A stretch of 64,000 bases of DNA from Terracidiphilus sp. (GTDB lineage: Bacteria > Acidobacteriota > Terriglobia > Terriglobales > Acidobacteriaceae), in the NCBI GenBank assembly GCA_050012015.1, contig JBEKHZ010000003.1, positions 332,970-396,969 on the forward strand. The letters are read 5' to 3'. A program made the position numbers and the translations under genes. This document shows positions 18,442 through 29,183 of the stretch, piece by piece. Within the stretch, counting starts at the first letter, position 1. Each line of letters opens with the position of its first letter. Under the pieces are notes generated by a model. The model was not told where the DNA came from. It did not search any database and saw only the letters and a program-made list of their open reading frames with translations.

Positions 18442-18673
18442 GCATGAACTGAGCAGCATAATGTAGAGGAAATAGTTCGTCGTTGTTTCATGGTTTCGTA
18501 GTGAGAAGCGCTCTTCTATTGTTTTGTAACGCCGGAGAGCATCCTGCTACAACTTCTGACAGCCGCTGCACCAGAGGCGCGCCCAGGCTCCCATCGATCT
18601 GAGCTGGGCTATGGCATCTTTTAGCCTCCTTCTGTGCCTAGTAGGGATTCTGACTCATGAGACAAAATTCACT

Positions 18674-18772
18674 ACGCCCCGCTCCGCTGGGGGTACTCTT
18701 AGGGGTATTCTTCAAGACTCAATTACTAATCTATTTCAAATACACCTCTTGCAGTCTGATATGAATCCCTCT
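18674..18772 (+). repeat. copy A of a ~100-bp dispersed repeat
   Basis: ...CGCTGGGGGTACTCTTAGGGGTATTCTTCAAGACTCAATTACTAATCTATTTCAAATACACCTCTTGCAGTCTGATATGAATCC... aligns in the same orientation with 35851-35950 at roughly 85% identity (hand alignment). Confidence 0.75.
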
Positions 18773-19105
18773 CCCCCGTAATTCAAGCCGCTTATTCGAA
18801 TATATTCCATCAGAGAAATTCTCCGCTACGATAATCTAGCCTGAGAAGAGGTCTTTTCTCTGACCTGACCATCGAAGGTCCGATTTTTACAAACTGCTCT
18901 AGGGAGAGCTCTTGGGGCGATGCTTCTGAATTGTCAGAGCCTAGTTGGGGAATTGTGAATTATTGGCCTAATACTCAACCCGCTGAACGGTCCCATGGTG
19001 AGTGACTCGGCGAATACGCATCAGCCGAGAATCGTTTCTGGCGACATCGGTGTCTTCCGGGACTTATCGACCTGACGCTGCTCCATTCAGTGTTTACAAG
19101 TACCT

Positions 19106-22100
19106 TCAATGAGTTCTCTTGTGATATCGGTTGGGCGCGCCCGGTGTGGGAACGTTGTCAGTGACCTGTGCTCCGCTGGCATGGTTTCGCGTGAGCGGCG
19201 CGGTGAGGGTGATGCCGGAGCCTGAGAGCTGTGCTCCAGCGGGATGCGCCTGCTTGAGGGGCGCAGTGACGGTGATTGCGGCGGCTGGGAACCTCTGGAC
19301 AGAGGCAATGACTGCAGTCTCGGATGCGACGCCGTTGTCGATGGTGATGGTCTGACCCTCGCTAAAGCCAGCCGGGTTAACGACAGGAATGGCGGTTGCA
19401 CCCAGGGCGGTGGCCGTGCGCACCGTTGTAGCTCCTGCGGTACCGACAGTCGCAATCGTTACGATTTCCAGGTCCGCTCCCGAATCGATGCGGATCGAGT
19501 CTCCAGCGACGAAGCCTTCCACGCCTGCGACCTTGATGTTGGTTGCGCCTGCATCCGAGGCGACCGGCAGGGTTGTGGCGGCCTGGGTCAGAAAATCGGC
19601 GCAGTTGCTGCCGGTGTCAGCGCCATCCGGGTAGCGGCCAGTGCTTGTAGTAGTTGCAGCGGCAGCCGCCTGACCGAAACCGCTCACGACCGGTCCAGGA
19701 GTGGGTGCGAAGCAGCCGCTCCTGTTGAGACCCGAGGCAGCTTGATAGCCCTCTGCGGCCCATGGATCGGCGAGGCTGCCGTAATTGAGGCTGTCGACAA
19801 CCAGACCCGAGGCATCGCGCAGAATTATGCTGCCTTCACGGAGGGTGGTGATGCGGCCAAAGAACGGAACCTTGGAGGTCAGTTCAGGGCCGCCAAACCA
19901 CTGATTGGGCTCGGGGGTCCCCTGATAGCCGGCAGTAGTGACGGCTACGTCGCGGACAACGGTATTTATCCCATATGAGCCGGAAAGAGGCTTGTCGAGG
20001 GTGATACCCGTTCCCGCCGGCTGGACGGGATCGTTGCTGTAGTGGTCGTAGATGGTGGCCGGCGCAAAGCTGATGCCCGTTCCGCGATCGCTGAATGGTA
20101 GATTGGCGGCGTGATTGAACCTGAGTGGAGTGGCCAGGTCGAGGCCGGTACCTGGAGAGACGACCCACTCGTCGCGAATGTGCGCCTGGGTAAGGGCTGG
20201 CGTGAAGTCAATTCCCACGCCATTCGGCCCTCCGCCGCCGACCGCCGTGATGGTCACGATTTCTTTGTTTGCAGGAGTGCCAACCGTGATCTTGTCGCCT
20301 ACGGCAAAGCCCTCCGCGCGGCGGACCTTGATCGAAGTCGCGCCTGTGCTCACATCTGCCGTGAGTTTGGTCTGGTTGGCCTTGGTTCCGATGCGCGTGA
20401 CGGTGACGGTGTCAATTCCATGGCCGACACTGTCGATGTCCAGACGGATCTTGTCTCCCTCGGAGATATCGGCAACGGAAGTGACTTTGAGATTCAACTC
20501 ACCTATAGAGGCATCCGCTGCCAAATAGGCTTGTGTGCCGGGCTTGCCGACAGCCGTCACGGTGACCATCTCATATTCACTCAGTTTGCCGGTCACAGAA
20601 CGCAGCGTGGAATCGTCGCCTTTCAGGGAATATTTTCCCATTACTCCCCCGATGGCGATCTTCTGGCCAACGACGAAGCCCGCCGTGGTGGTGACGGGGA
20701 GATTCTTTGAGCCAGCGGGAATAGCGATCACCGGGCCATCGGGAAGTGGTTGCCAGATCGTTGTGAGAACGGGGGCGGCTGTACCGATGGAGGCGATTTT
20801 TCGGGTCTCCGAGTGCGCGCCGTCGCCGATTGTTATCTCATCGCCAACCTTCATTCCCTCGATACTGCGGAGATAGATCGTGGAAGCTGTAGGAGTAGCC
20901 GGAAGTACGAGTCCGGAGTTTGCGAGGCCGAGCAGATAAAAGCCATACGAAGCGAGCCTGGTTCCGGTAGGAATCTTCACGGCCGAGAAGATGGCCTGCT
21001 GGGCGGGGTGCTCAGTGAGGGTCCAGTTGGAGATGTCAACGCTGCTCGCGCCGGCGTTGTAGAGTTCGATGAAGGAGTTCGTCGGATTGCTGGGCGATCC
21101 GGAACTGATGCGGAACTCGTTGATCTTGACCGGGCTGGCGTTGTGAAGCTTCTCGACCGCCGTCTCGGTCTGCGATTTGCCGTTGGCTTGATTGGTCCAT
21201 GTGGCTTTGGCGACGAGGTCGCCGTTAAAAGCGGCCGGGCCGGAGGTGACCTTGAAGGTGGCGCTGACGCTCGCACCGGGCGCAACGGGATCGGCGAAGG
21301 TCTTTACGGTTTCCTTGCCCTCAGCGACGACGACGGTCCACTGCTTGCTGGGCAGCGAGAGACTCAAGCGAAGCCCGGCGACGGGCGCGCCTGTCGTGTT
21401 GGTGAACGTAACCGTTGTTTCCTGCGAAGAGCCCGGAGCGAAGATCTGAATTCCCGGCGGCTCGGTGGCGGCCGATGCAGGCGCTATGCTCACAGGCGCA
21501 ACGTCGTAGTGCGCGGCAACCACGTTGGCTTGCACAAGCTGATCGGTGGCATTGGTTGGGAAGGTGCCCGCGGCTGTCATCGCGCCTTCGTAGAAGGTGC
21601 CCTGCGAGCCATTGCTGTTGTCGCCGCCGTTGCCCAGTAGGATGGCCCCCTGCTTTCGCATGGGGTCGTAGGTGCCGTTGACTCGGCCTCCATCGAACAT
21701 GACCAAGAGCGCTCCCTGTTGCGCGTCACCGCCCATCGAGGTCCAGTGGTGCGGCTCGCCCTTGGCGATCGCGGTAACAAACCGCCATGTGATGTTTGGC
21801 AGTGTGCAGTTTTTTGAGCCATCCGCGATGACGCAGCCGACGAGGTTGTTCTCCTGGTCGGTCATGATCCATGGGCCGGGCATGGTCCCGTGATACCAAT
21901 AGGGGGCATCGCCGTAATAGGCGGTTTCCATGGTGCCGTTGTCGTCGTCGCGGCTGTCGATCTCGGCGTTGCCGTAATCGAAGCAGCAGCCGGAGTTGAA
22001 GTGCTGGCCGTTGATGACCCAGTACTGGTCCTCGGCCTGATCGTCGACCGCTGTGCCCCTCGCATCGTCCTGGCGAAGGCCCATGCCCGGCTCGATGAAG

Positions 22101-22603
22101 ACACCGTAGGCCTTGTGGCCCATGATCGTAATCGGCGCCATGTCGGCGAGCGGGAGGTTGTTGAAGCCGCCCAGGGCCGGGCCGTTGAATCCGCCGCGGG
22201 GCGCCTGGGTCAGGTCGTTGTGCTTGGGTGACTGATCGTAGATTTTGCTGATCCAGCAGTACGTGTTTGCGCAGAATTTGTCCTGCGCGGCTGCGTCGGC
22301 GTACCCGCCTCCATCCGGAACCGGCGACTTCACTGGCTGAACAACGCCAATGTCCAGAGTCTTGCCGTCCGACTGGCGCAGAACCTGGTAGAGTGGGCCG
22401 CTGTACCCGGCGTAGAGTGCGCGTGTGGTGCTGTGGGCGGCCACGCATGGATCTCCTGCGACGGCGTAGATGTCGCATGGGCCTTGCGGCCTGGAGGGAG
22501 CAACATTGGCTCCCGCCCCGGCTTGAGCCGCCATCGTTAACGTGGCGCCGGTCATCGTCAGCGCTACCGCGAGCATAAGTGCACAATCGATTCTCGTTTT
22601 CAT
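19106..22603 (-). CDS. secreted GH54 alpha-L-arabinofuranosidase fused to NEW3-like and lamin-tail (LTD) domains, with repeat-module arrays
   Basis: After the signal peptide, GPCDIYAVAGDPCVAAHSTTRALYAGYSGPLYQV...CCFDYGNAE...GPWIMTDQENN...GNGGDNSNGSQGTFYEGAMT matches fungal/bacterial AbfB (GH54) almost motif for motif. LTD signature VKINEF...FIELYN...ISNWTL and later ...LRDASGLVVDSLNYG...GRYPDGADTGSNCADF. Confidence 0.9.
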   Translation of the reverse strand: MKTRIDCALMLAVALTMTGATLTMAAQAGAGANVAPSRPQGPCDIYAVAGDPCVAAHSTTRALYAGYSGPLYQVLRQSDGKTLDIGVVQPVKSPVPDGGGYADAAAQDKFCANTYCWISKIYDQSPKHNDLTQAPRGGFNGPALGGFNNLPLADMAPITIMGHKAYGVFIEPGMGLRQDDARGTAVDDQAEDQYWVINGQHFNSGCCFDYGNAEIDSRDDDNGTMETAYYGDAPYWYHGTMPGPWIMTDQENNLVGCVIADGSKNCTLPNITWRFVTAIAKGEPHHWTSMGGDAQQGALLVMFDGGRVNGTYDPMRKQGAILLGNGGDNSNGSQGTFYEGAMTAAGTFPTNATDQLVQANVVAAHYDVAPVSIAPASAATEPPGIQIFAPGSSQETTVTFTNTTGAPVAGLRLSLSLPSKQWTVVVAEGKETVKTFADPVAPGASVSATFKVTSGPAAFNGDLVAKATWTNQANGKSQTETAVEKLHNASPVKINEFRISSGSPSNPTNSFIELYNAGASSVDISNWTLTEHPAQQAIFSAVKIPTGTRLASYGFYLLGLANSGLVLPATPTASTIYLRSIEGMKVGDEITIGDGAHSETRKIASIGTAAPVLTTIWQPLPDGPVIAIPAGSKNLPVTTTAGFVVGQKIAIGGVMGKYSLKGDDSTLRSVTGKLSEYEMVTVTAVGKPGTQAYLAADASIGELNLKVTSVADISEGDKIRLDIDSVGHGIDTVTVTRIGTKANQTKLTADVSTGATSIKVRRAEGFAVGDKITVGTPANKEIVTITAVGGGGPNGVGIDFTPALTQAHIRDEWVVSPGTGLDLATPLRFNHAANLPFSDRGTGISFAPATIYDHYSNDPVQPAGTGITLDKPLSGSYGINTVVRDVAVTTAGYQGTPEPNQWFGGPELTSKVPFFGRITTLREGSIILRDASGLVVDSLNYGSLADPWAAEGYQAASGLNRSGCFAPTPGPVVSGFGQAAAAATTTSTGRYPDGADTGSNCADFLTQAATTLPVASDAGATNIKVAGVEGFVAGDSIRIDSGADLEIVTIATVGTAGATTVRTATALGATAIPVVNPAGFSEGQTITIDNGVASETAVIASVQRFPAAAITVTAPLKQAHPAGAQLSGSGITLTAPLTRNHASGAQVTDNVPTPGAPNRYHKRTH

Positions 22604-22817
22604 TCTTATCCTGTCTGCTTGCCGGGTTTCTTACTGCATCTAGAATTCTCGCGGTTCCAGGGATGGAATGCAAGCAGATCGAATTAACAGCCTGAAGAAG
22701 AAGGGGGTGGAAAATCGTCCACTCGGTCTCTGTGGTATTTTTCTTGTTGAAATGGTTCGAGCCCAAATCGAACGGCCAGTGAATCAACGAGCCAAACAGG
22801 ACCAAAGGAGATAGGAC

Positions 22818-24971
22818 ATGCCAATGAATCGACGTGAGTTTTTAGCAGTTTCGGTGGCAGGCGCTACCCTGTTGCAACAAGGGATGACAGCCTTTTCCGA
22901 ACCGTCAGGAAGCCTAAAAGTCTCAATCGATGCGTCGAAGAGCGGTGAGCCGATCAATCCGCTGATCTTCGGGGGATATATGGAGCCGGCTACCACTCAG
23001 GTGTGGGCCGAGATGCTGACCGACAGGAAGTTTGCCAACCCGGTGACCGATGCGACTCCGCCTCTGACGAACTCATTCTTCCGCCGCTTTATGGGCGAGC
23101 CATTTAAGCCGGTGGGGCCAGCGGGAACGGTCGAGATGGATACTGTACGGCCATTTGTGGGCAAACACAGCCCGCGCGTCAAGCTCCAGGGCTCAGAGCC
23201 GCGCGGCATTCGGCAATCAAAATTGCGCCTGGGCAAAGGCAAGACATATGTTGGCCGCATCTATCTTGCCGGCGATCCCGGCGCAAACGTTGTGGTCCGC
23301 TTGATATGGGGAACAGGCGCCGGCGGCTCTCAAACCATCCATATCCCGCCGCTCTCGCGCGAGTACAAAAAGTTTCCGTTAAAGTTCACTCCGACGGCCG
23401 GCACAGTGGATGCAAGCCTCGAGATCCTGGGCACTGGCAGTGGCGCATTTCACATCGGGACCGCCTCGCTAATGCCCGCCGACAATGTGGAGGGATTCCA
23501 CTCTGGGATGATCCGCCTTTTCAAAGAAGAAGGTTTCAAAATGTTCAAGTGGCCCGGCGGCAACTTTGTCTCCGCTTACGACTGGCGTGACGGTCTTGGC
23601 GATCGGGATAAGCGCCCGCCGCGCCTGCAGGTGATGTGGTCCGACAGGGTGGAGTCGAACGACGTTGGCCTTCATGAGTTCATGGCCCTCTGCCGGCTGG
23701 TCGGAGCCCAGCCCGATTTGACCATCAACAGCGGAATCGGCTCGGCGCGAGAGGCGGCCGAAGAAGTCGAATACTGCAATGGCTCCGCCGAGACGCGCAT
23801 GGGAAAAATGCGCGCTGAGAATGGCCATCCTCTGCACTTCAAGGTCCGTCTCTGGACCATCGGAAACGAGATGTACGGCGACTGGCAGTTCGGCTACATG
23901 GCGCTTGACCAGTATTGGGTCAAGCACAATTTCATCGTCGAAGCCATGAAGAAGGTGGACCCAACCATTAAGGTGACCGTTTCCGGGGCGACTATCTGTG
24001 AAAAGTCCGTGGGAGGCGCGGAAAAGCGGAACAACTTCTTCCCGGATATCTGGGAGGCGCCGATGCGCGACAAACTTCCCTATGAGTTCGGTGGGCTCAA
24101 TGACTGGGACGGATGGCTGCTGGAAAAGTGCGCCGGCAACATCGACTTTCTCTCCGAGCATACCTACGCTTATCCTGACCTGGCCTTCGACGCTGAGAAG
24201 CAACTCTTCGTGGATGTTCACGACCCGCTGCAGTTCAAAGCCCGGCGTCTGGCCAACCGCATCGGCGAAGCCTTCGAAGCCTGGGATAAGTACGTGGAGA
24301 AGATGCCGTGGTTGAAAGACAAAGGCATCAAATTCATATTCGATGAGTGGGGCAATCGCCTCTTTTCAGCCTCCGGGAATAGCAACGGCGCCAGTTTCTT
24401 CCGCCAGACCGGAATGCTGATGCCGCTCTCTTACGCGCTTTGCCTGCATGAGATATTCCGCCACTCCGGCATGGTGGAGGCCAGTTGCGCCACCGGAGGG
24501 CTGCGCTTGTTGACCGACAACACCGGCGAGGCAGTGGGCCTTGCGGCCGAGGGAATGGTGATGAAGCTCTTGCAAACTCACTTTCTCAACGCTCTACCGG
24601 TTGCCGTCGACGGAGATTCGCCGCAGCCGTTGGTGCCCGGCACGCCGTTTGTTGACAGGGGCACAAAGCCCACGGGAAGCCCGACCTATCCTCTGGATAT
24701 TCTGGCGGCGTTCTCCAGCGATCGCAAGAAGCTCCTCATCTCGGTGGTAAACCCCACGGAAGTGCAGCACAGCTTCGCTGCGAAGATCGGCGGCGTCAGG
24801 ATGCGCGGACAGGGGAAGCTGTATCGGATTGCGCCGCCCAGCGTGAACTCAACCAATGAAGCGGGCAAAGATCCCGCGGTCAAAATCGTTGAAACTGCGC
24901 AAGACATGCTTCCGGAAACGGTGCAGGTTCCGCCCGTAAGCGTTAACCTCTACGAATTGGAGATTGCATAA
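22818..24971 (+). CDS. secreted GH51-like alpha-L-arabinofuranosidase (Tat-type signal)
   Basis: MNRREFLAVSVAGATLL twin-Arg leader, clan GH-A motifs WTIGNEMYGDWQFGY and IFDEWGN. AGGAG RBS upstream. Confidence 0.75.
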   Translation: MPMNRREFLAVSVAGATLLQQGMTAFSEPSGSLKVSIDASKSGEPINPLIFGGYMEPATTQVWAEMLTDRKFANPVTDATPPLTNSFFRRFMGEPFKPVGPAGTVEMDTVRPFVGKHSPRVKLQGSEPRGIRQSKLRLGKGKTYVGRIYLAGDPGANVVVRLIWGTGAGGSQTIHIPPLSREYKKFPLKFTPTAGTVDASLEILGTGSGAFHIGTASLMPADNVEGFHSGMIRLFKEEGFKMFKWPGGNFVSAYDWRDGLGDRDKRPPRLQVMWSDRVESNDVGLHEFMALCRLVGAQPDLTINSGIGSAREAAEEVEYCNGSAETRMGKMRAENGHPLHFKVRLWTIGNEMYGDWQFGYMALDQYWVKHNFIVEAMKKVDPTIKVTVSGATICEKSVGGAEKRNNFFPDIWEAPMRDKLPYEFGGLNDWDGWLLEKCAGNIDFLSEHTYAYPDLAFDAEKQLFVDVHDPLQFKARRLANRIGEAFEAWDKYVEKMPWLKDKGIKFIFDEWGNRLFSASGNSNGASFFRQTGMLMPLSYALCLHEIFRHSGMVEASCATGGLRLLTDNTGEAVGLAAEGMVMKLLQTHFLNALPVAVDGDSPQPLVPGTPFVDRGTKPTGSPTYPLDILAAFSSDRKKLLISVVNPTEVQHSFAAKIGGVRMRGQGKLYRIAPPSVNSTNEAGKDPAVKIVETAQDMLPETVQVPPVSVNLYELEIA

Positions 24972-25166
24972 GATTGAGCGTTCGCCGCTTTTCTTCCTGC
25001 AGCAACTTTCCGGGCCCTTCAAACATCCAGTTTGTCTCACGTCCACTGGCACAGATTTTGCCGGGCAGACCAATGGCACATGCCTGTGACCTTTCAAGCC
25101 ATTTAAAATTGCATCGACGCGGAAGTGTTTATCTTTAAGAAGCACCTCCTCGAAAGAAAGGAATCC

Positions 25167-27461
25167 ATGTTGTCTGATTTTCACCGCCGATTCGCTCTGA
25201 TTCTAACCTGCGCGCTGTCCGTAGTTCCGGCTCTGGCACAATCATCTCCCACGCCCTATGACGCAGTGAATCCCTTCATTGGAACTGCTGGCGGCGGCAA
25301 CACTTTTCCCGGCGCGTCGCTCCCCTTCGGCATGGTGCAGTGGAGTCCCGACACCAACCAAGACGCGTGGTATTTCTACAACGATAAGCAGATTCAGGGC
25401 TTTAGCCTGACTCACATCAGTGGCGCGGGTTGCCCGCTCTATGGCAACTTCGCCGTGCTTCCGACGACATCCGCGTTGGCCTCGAGCCCGGGCGGCAATT
25501 TTGCACCCTACGCCGCCTACTTCAGCCACGACAAGGAAGAAGCCCATCCCGGCTACTACGATGTCACGCTGGCGAACGGAATCCGCGTCGAGATCACCGT
25601 AACCGAGCGCGCCGGCATCGCCCGCTTCACCTTCCCTGAAGGAACTCCCGCGCGCCTGCTGGTCAACGCCGGATCGAGCGCAAACACGGCGGGAGACGCG
25701 CTGACCAAAACGCCCGGAACCGGCATCTATGGCAACCGCATTGAACTCAACGATGCCTCCTTCACCGGATCCGTTACGGCAGGTGGTTTTTGCGGTCAGG
25801 AATCGCATTACACCCTCTACGTTGCCGGCCGCTTCAACAAGCCCTGGAAAGCCTCCGCCGTCTGGCAGGACAACACAACCGATCCCGCCGCCACCTCCGC
25901 TCATGGCAAGCACACCGGCGCATGGCTAGACTTCGGCTCCGAACGCGAAGTCCTCCTCAAAGTCGGCATTTCGTTTGTCAGCCAGAAGGGCGCCCAGACA
26001 AATCTCGACAAGGAGATTCCCGGCTGGAACTTCGAGGCTGTTCGCTCGAAGGCCCGCTCTGTCTGGTCCGCCCTTCTCAGCCGCGTCGCCATCGAAGGCG
26101 GCACACCCTCCCAGCGCACCATCTTCACCACCGGTCTCTATCACTCCCTGCTTTCTCCCACCCTCTTCAGCGACCAGGACGGCCAATACATCGGCTTCGA
26201 CAACAAGATCCACTCCCTCGCCGGCTCCCGCCAGAAAGCCCAGTACGCCAACTACTCCGACTGGGACATCTACCGCAACACCGTCCAGTTCCAGGCCCTC
26301 CTCGACGCCGACCGCTCCTCCGACATGATGCAGTCGCTGGTCAACGACGCGGAGCAGAGCGGCTGGTATCCCCGCTGGCCCACAGCCAACGATGTCACCT
26401 ATGTCATGGGCGGCGATTCGCCCGCCGCAATACTGGCCTCCTCCTATGCTTTCGGAGCGCGCAACTTCGATCTCGAAACCGCTCTGAAGTACATGGTCAA
26501 GGCCGGAACCGAGCCCGGCGTGAGCGCGCACGGCGGCTCCGAGCGCCCCTTCCTCGCCGAATACATGAAACTCGGCTATGTGCCCGAGGAGATAGATCGC
26601 ATCGCGGCTTCGCGCACACTCGAATACGTCAATGACGATTTCGCCGTCGCCCAATTCGCAAGGAACACCGGACATGAGGCCGAATACAAGACGTTCCTCA
26701 AGCGCTCGCAGAACTGGAAGAACCTGCTCGATCCCGCAACAGGCTGGATCCGCCCCCGCGCCAGCGATGGCACATGGCTACCCGGATTCGACGCGGACCT
26801 GGTGCTCCCCAAAGGCAAGAACTCCTGGGATACGGCTTCTCAGCAAGGCTTCGAGGAGGGCAATTCCTACCAATACACCTTCATGATTCCCTTCGACTAC
26901 CCGGCTCTCTTTGCCGCTATCGGCGGTGAAGACAAAGTGATTCCCCGCCTCGACAAGTTTTTTACCAAGCTGCGCTGCTGGGGCGACCCTTGCTACAACA
27001 TCGAAAACGAGCCCGACTTTGTTGTTCCCTATGCCTACGTCTTCGCAGGCCAGCCATGGAAGACCCAGGACGTAGTCACGCGCATCGCGAAAGAAACTTA
27101 CAAGGCCACGCCTGACGGCATTCCCGGCAACGACGATCTTGGGGCCACCTCGGGCGTCTATGTCTGGAATGCGCTCGGTTTCTATCCCGCAGTTCCAGGT
27201 GTCGGTGGTGTGGTTCTGGGCACGCCAATGTTTGACAAGGCCACCCTGCACCTGGCGGGAAAGAGAATCGTCGTCATCAGCCGCCGCGGCAGCGGTTTCT
27301 TCGTCCAGAAAGTCACACTCGACGGCATGGAGTACCCGAATTCCTGGCTGCCACTGGAAAAGCTGCATCCGGGCACCACGCGCATCGAGTTCACCACCGG
27401 TGATACGCCCAGCAAGGAGCGCGGCCGGGACCTTGAAAACCGCCCGCCATCCTTCCGATAA
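25167..27461 (+). CDS. GH92-family alpha-mannosidase (secreted)
   Basis: NPFIGTAGGGNTFPGASLPFGMVQWSPDT..., SGAGCP, GNDDLGATS are typical GH92 motifs. The start is set at the Met giving a signal peptide. Confidence 0.9.
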   Translation: MLSDFHRRFALILTCALSVVPALAQSSPTPYDAVNPFIGTAGGGNTFPGASLPFGMVQWSPDTNQDAWYFYNDKQIQGFSLTHISGAGCPLYGNFAVLPTTSALASSPGGNFAPYAAYFSHDKEEAHPGYYDVTLANGIRVEITVTERAGIARFTFPEGTPARLLVNAGSSANTAGDALTKTPGTGIYGNRIELNDASFTGSVTAGGFCGQESHYTLYVAGRFNKPWKASAVWQDNTTDPAATSAHGKHTGAWLDFGSEREVLLKVGISFVSQKGAQTNLDKEIPGWNFEAVRSKARSVWSALLSRVAIEGGTPSQRTIFTTGLYHSLLSPTLFSDQDGQYIGFDNKIHSLAGSRQKAQYANYSDWDIYRNTVQFQALLDADRSSDMMQSLVNDAEQSGWYPRWPTANDVTYVMGGDSPAAILASSYAFGARNFDLETALKYMVKAGTEPGVSAHGGSERPFLAEYMKLGYVPEEIDRIAASRTLEYVNDDFAVAQFARNTGHEAEYKTFLKRSQNWKNLLDPATGWIRPRASDGTWLPGFDADLVLPKGKNSWDTASQQGFEEGNSYQYTFMIPFDYPALFAAIGGEDKVIPRLDKFFTKLRCWGDPCYNIENEPDFVVPYAYVFAGQPWKTQDVVTRIAKETYKATPDGIPGNDDLGATSGVYVWNALGFYPAVPGVGGVVLGTPMFDKATLHLAGKRIVVISRRGSGFFVQKVTLDGMEYPNSWLPLEKLHPGTTRIEFTTGDTPSKERGRDLENRPPSFR

Positions 27462-27578
27462 CGCACCTCCGATGTTTCCTCACTGATAGGCAGGGAGCGA
27501 TGGCAACGATGTTCTTCAATCCATCACACTCAATTCGAAGGTTAAGTCGCAGACAGACCGAAAGGATGTAACGAAGCC

Positions 27579-29078
27579 GTGAAGAAGTTGTTTTTATCAT
27601 TAAATGTCACAGTGATTCTGCTGATGGGTCTTGCGGGTAATCAGGCCTGCTTGGCAAAGGTATCTCTTCCTTCTCTATGGTCGGATCATGCCGTTGTGCA
27701 GCGCGGAATGCCGGTGCGAGTGTGGGGAAGCGCGTCGGCTGGCGAAGTGGTCACTGTGCGATTCCGCAACGCGGAGGCGAAAGGAACGGCCGACAGGCTG
27801 GGACATTGGGAGATTGATCTTCCGGCAGGCGAAGCTGGTGGCCCCTTTACGATGGAGATCGAGGGCGAGAACAAGATCAGCCTTTCAGACATTCTGGTGG
27901 GCGATGTATGGCTGGCATCGGGCCAGTCCAACATGGAGTTCGGTCTCAGTGGCGTTCTTCATGCTGAGCAGGAGTTGAAGGATGCCGATCAACCGAAGAT
28001 TCGCCTCTTCCATGTGGATAAAAGATCGTCGGACTTTCCGCAGGATAATGTGCTGACCAAATCCTGGACGCTGTGCACGCCAACGACGGTTGCGGATTTC
28101 TCGGTTGTGGCCTACTTCTTTGCGCGCAATATCCAGGCGGACCAGCATGTCCCCATCGGCATGATCGAGGCGGATTGGGGCGGTACGCCGGGCGAAGCAT
28201 GGACGAGCCTGAAGGCTCTTGCGCAGGATGCTTCCCTGATGCCCTCCTGGGAAAACTGGGCTGACATGAGCGAGAAGGAACCGACGTCCCTTTTGGAACG
28301 TGCTTTGGAAGACAAGGCCCGCAAGGAAGCAATCGATGCCGGCAAGCCTGCTCCCGAGTTTCCATGGCGTCCCGAGTTGCGCTCGTGGTTGCCGGGCGGA
28401 ACTTTCAACGGCATGATTGCGCCGTTGGTGAAATTTCGCATTCGTGGATTTCTTTGGTATCAGGGCGAGAGCAATGCCAGCATCGAGCGCTCGTTCTATT
28501 ACGACCGCCTGATGGCGGCCATGATTTGTGACTGGCGCAAGCGCTGGCAGGAGGGAGATATTCCATTTCTTCTGGTACAGCTGGCCAGTTTTACAACCGC
28601 GCCGGACTCCAAGTGGCCCGAACTGCGCGAGGCGCAGCGGCGCACTCTGAGCGTGAGCCAGACCGGCATGGCCGTCACCATCGACATCGGCGATCCTGAC
28701 AACGTTCACCCAAAGAACAAGCAGGAGGTAGGCCGCAGACTCTCGCTGGCGGCACGCGCTCTGGCCTATCATGAATCGCTGGAGTATTCCGGGCCACTCT
28801 ATCGCACCTATATGAAAGAAGGGACGTCCATGCGGATTTTCTTCGATCATGCTCAGAGCGGACTGGTTTCCAGGGGCGATCTCCTGACCGGGTTCGAGAT
28901 TGCTGGAAGCGATGGGAAGTTCGTGCCGGCACAGGCGGTGGTTGATGGAACAACGGTAGTGGTATCGTCGCCCCAGGTTGAAAGTCCCGCGGCGGTGCGT
29001 TATGGCTGGGCCGGAAATCCGCCATGCAACCTGTATAACCAGGACAACCTCCCGGCTTCACCCTTCAATACGGAATAG
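27579..29078 (+). CDS. sialate O-acetylesterase-like carbohydrate esterase (SGNH/DUF303 type)
   Basis: Signal peptide, VGDVWLASGQSNMEF active-site block, GFLWYQGESN, WAGNP C-terminal pattern. GTG start. Confidence 0.85.
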   Translation: MKKLFLSLNVTVILLMGLAGNQACLAKVSLPSLWSDHAVVQRGMPVRVWGSASAGEVVTVRFRNAEAKGTADRLGHWEIDLPAGEAGGPFTMEIEGENKISLSDILVGDVWLASGQSNMEFGLSGVLHAEQELKDADQPKIRLFHVDKRSSDFPQDNVLTKSWTLCTPTTVADFSVVAYFFARNIQADQHVPIGMIEADWGGTPGEAWTSLKALAQDASLMPSWENWADMSEKEPTSLLERALEDKARKEAIDAGKPAPEFPWRPELRSWLPGGTFNGMIAPLVKFRIRGFLWYQGESNASIERSFYYDRLMAAMICDWRKRWQEGDIPFLLVQLASFTTAPDSKWPELREAQRRTLSVSQTGMAVTIDIGDPDNVHPKNKQEVGRRLSLAARALAYHESLEYSGPLYRTYMKEGTSMRIFFDHAQSGLVSRGDLLTGFEIAGSDGKFVPAQAVVDGTTVVVSSPQVESPAAVRYGWAGNPPCNLYNQDNLPASPFNTE

Positions 29079-29183
29079 CCGATTGTGTGACGGGGAATTC
29101 ATGAATGTTGAACTCAATTCGCCGATCATATCCCTCTGCGTCAGTTTCAATACTAGTCTACGGAAAAGCACGCTTGGGCCACG

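Noticed and set aside
19131-22805. Many long ORFs overlapping the GH54 gene on both strands (for example 21726..22805, 359 aa; 20750..21640, 296 aa; 19244..19978, 244 aa)
   Set aside because: They lie out of frame or antisense to a gene with near motif-for-motif GH54 identity. Their products are Arg/Gly/Pro/Ala low-complexity strings typical of off-frame translation of GC-rich DNA. They have no RBS and no recognisable domains.
25242-27368. Antisense or off-frame ORFs inside the GH92 gene (25242..25913, 25790..26635, 25926..26675, 26778..27368)
   Set aside because: Same reasoning as above. The GH92 frame has its diagnostic motifs and the others have none.
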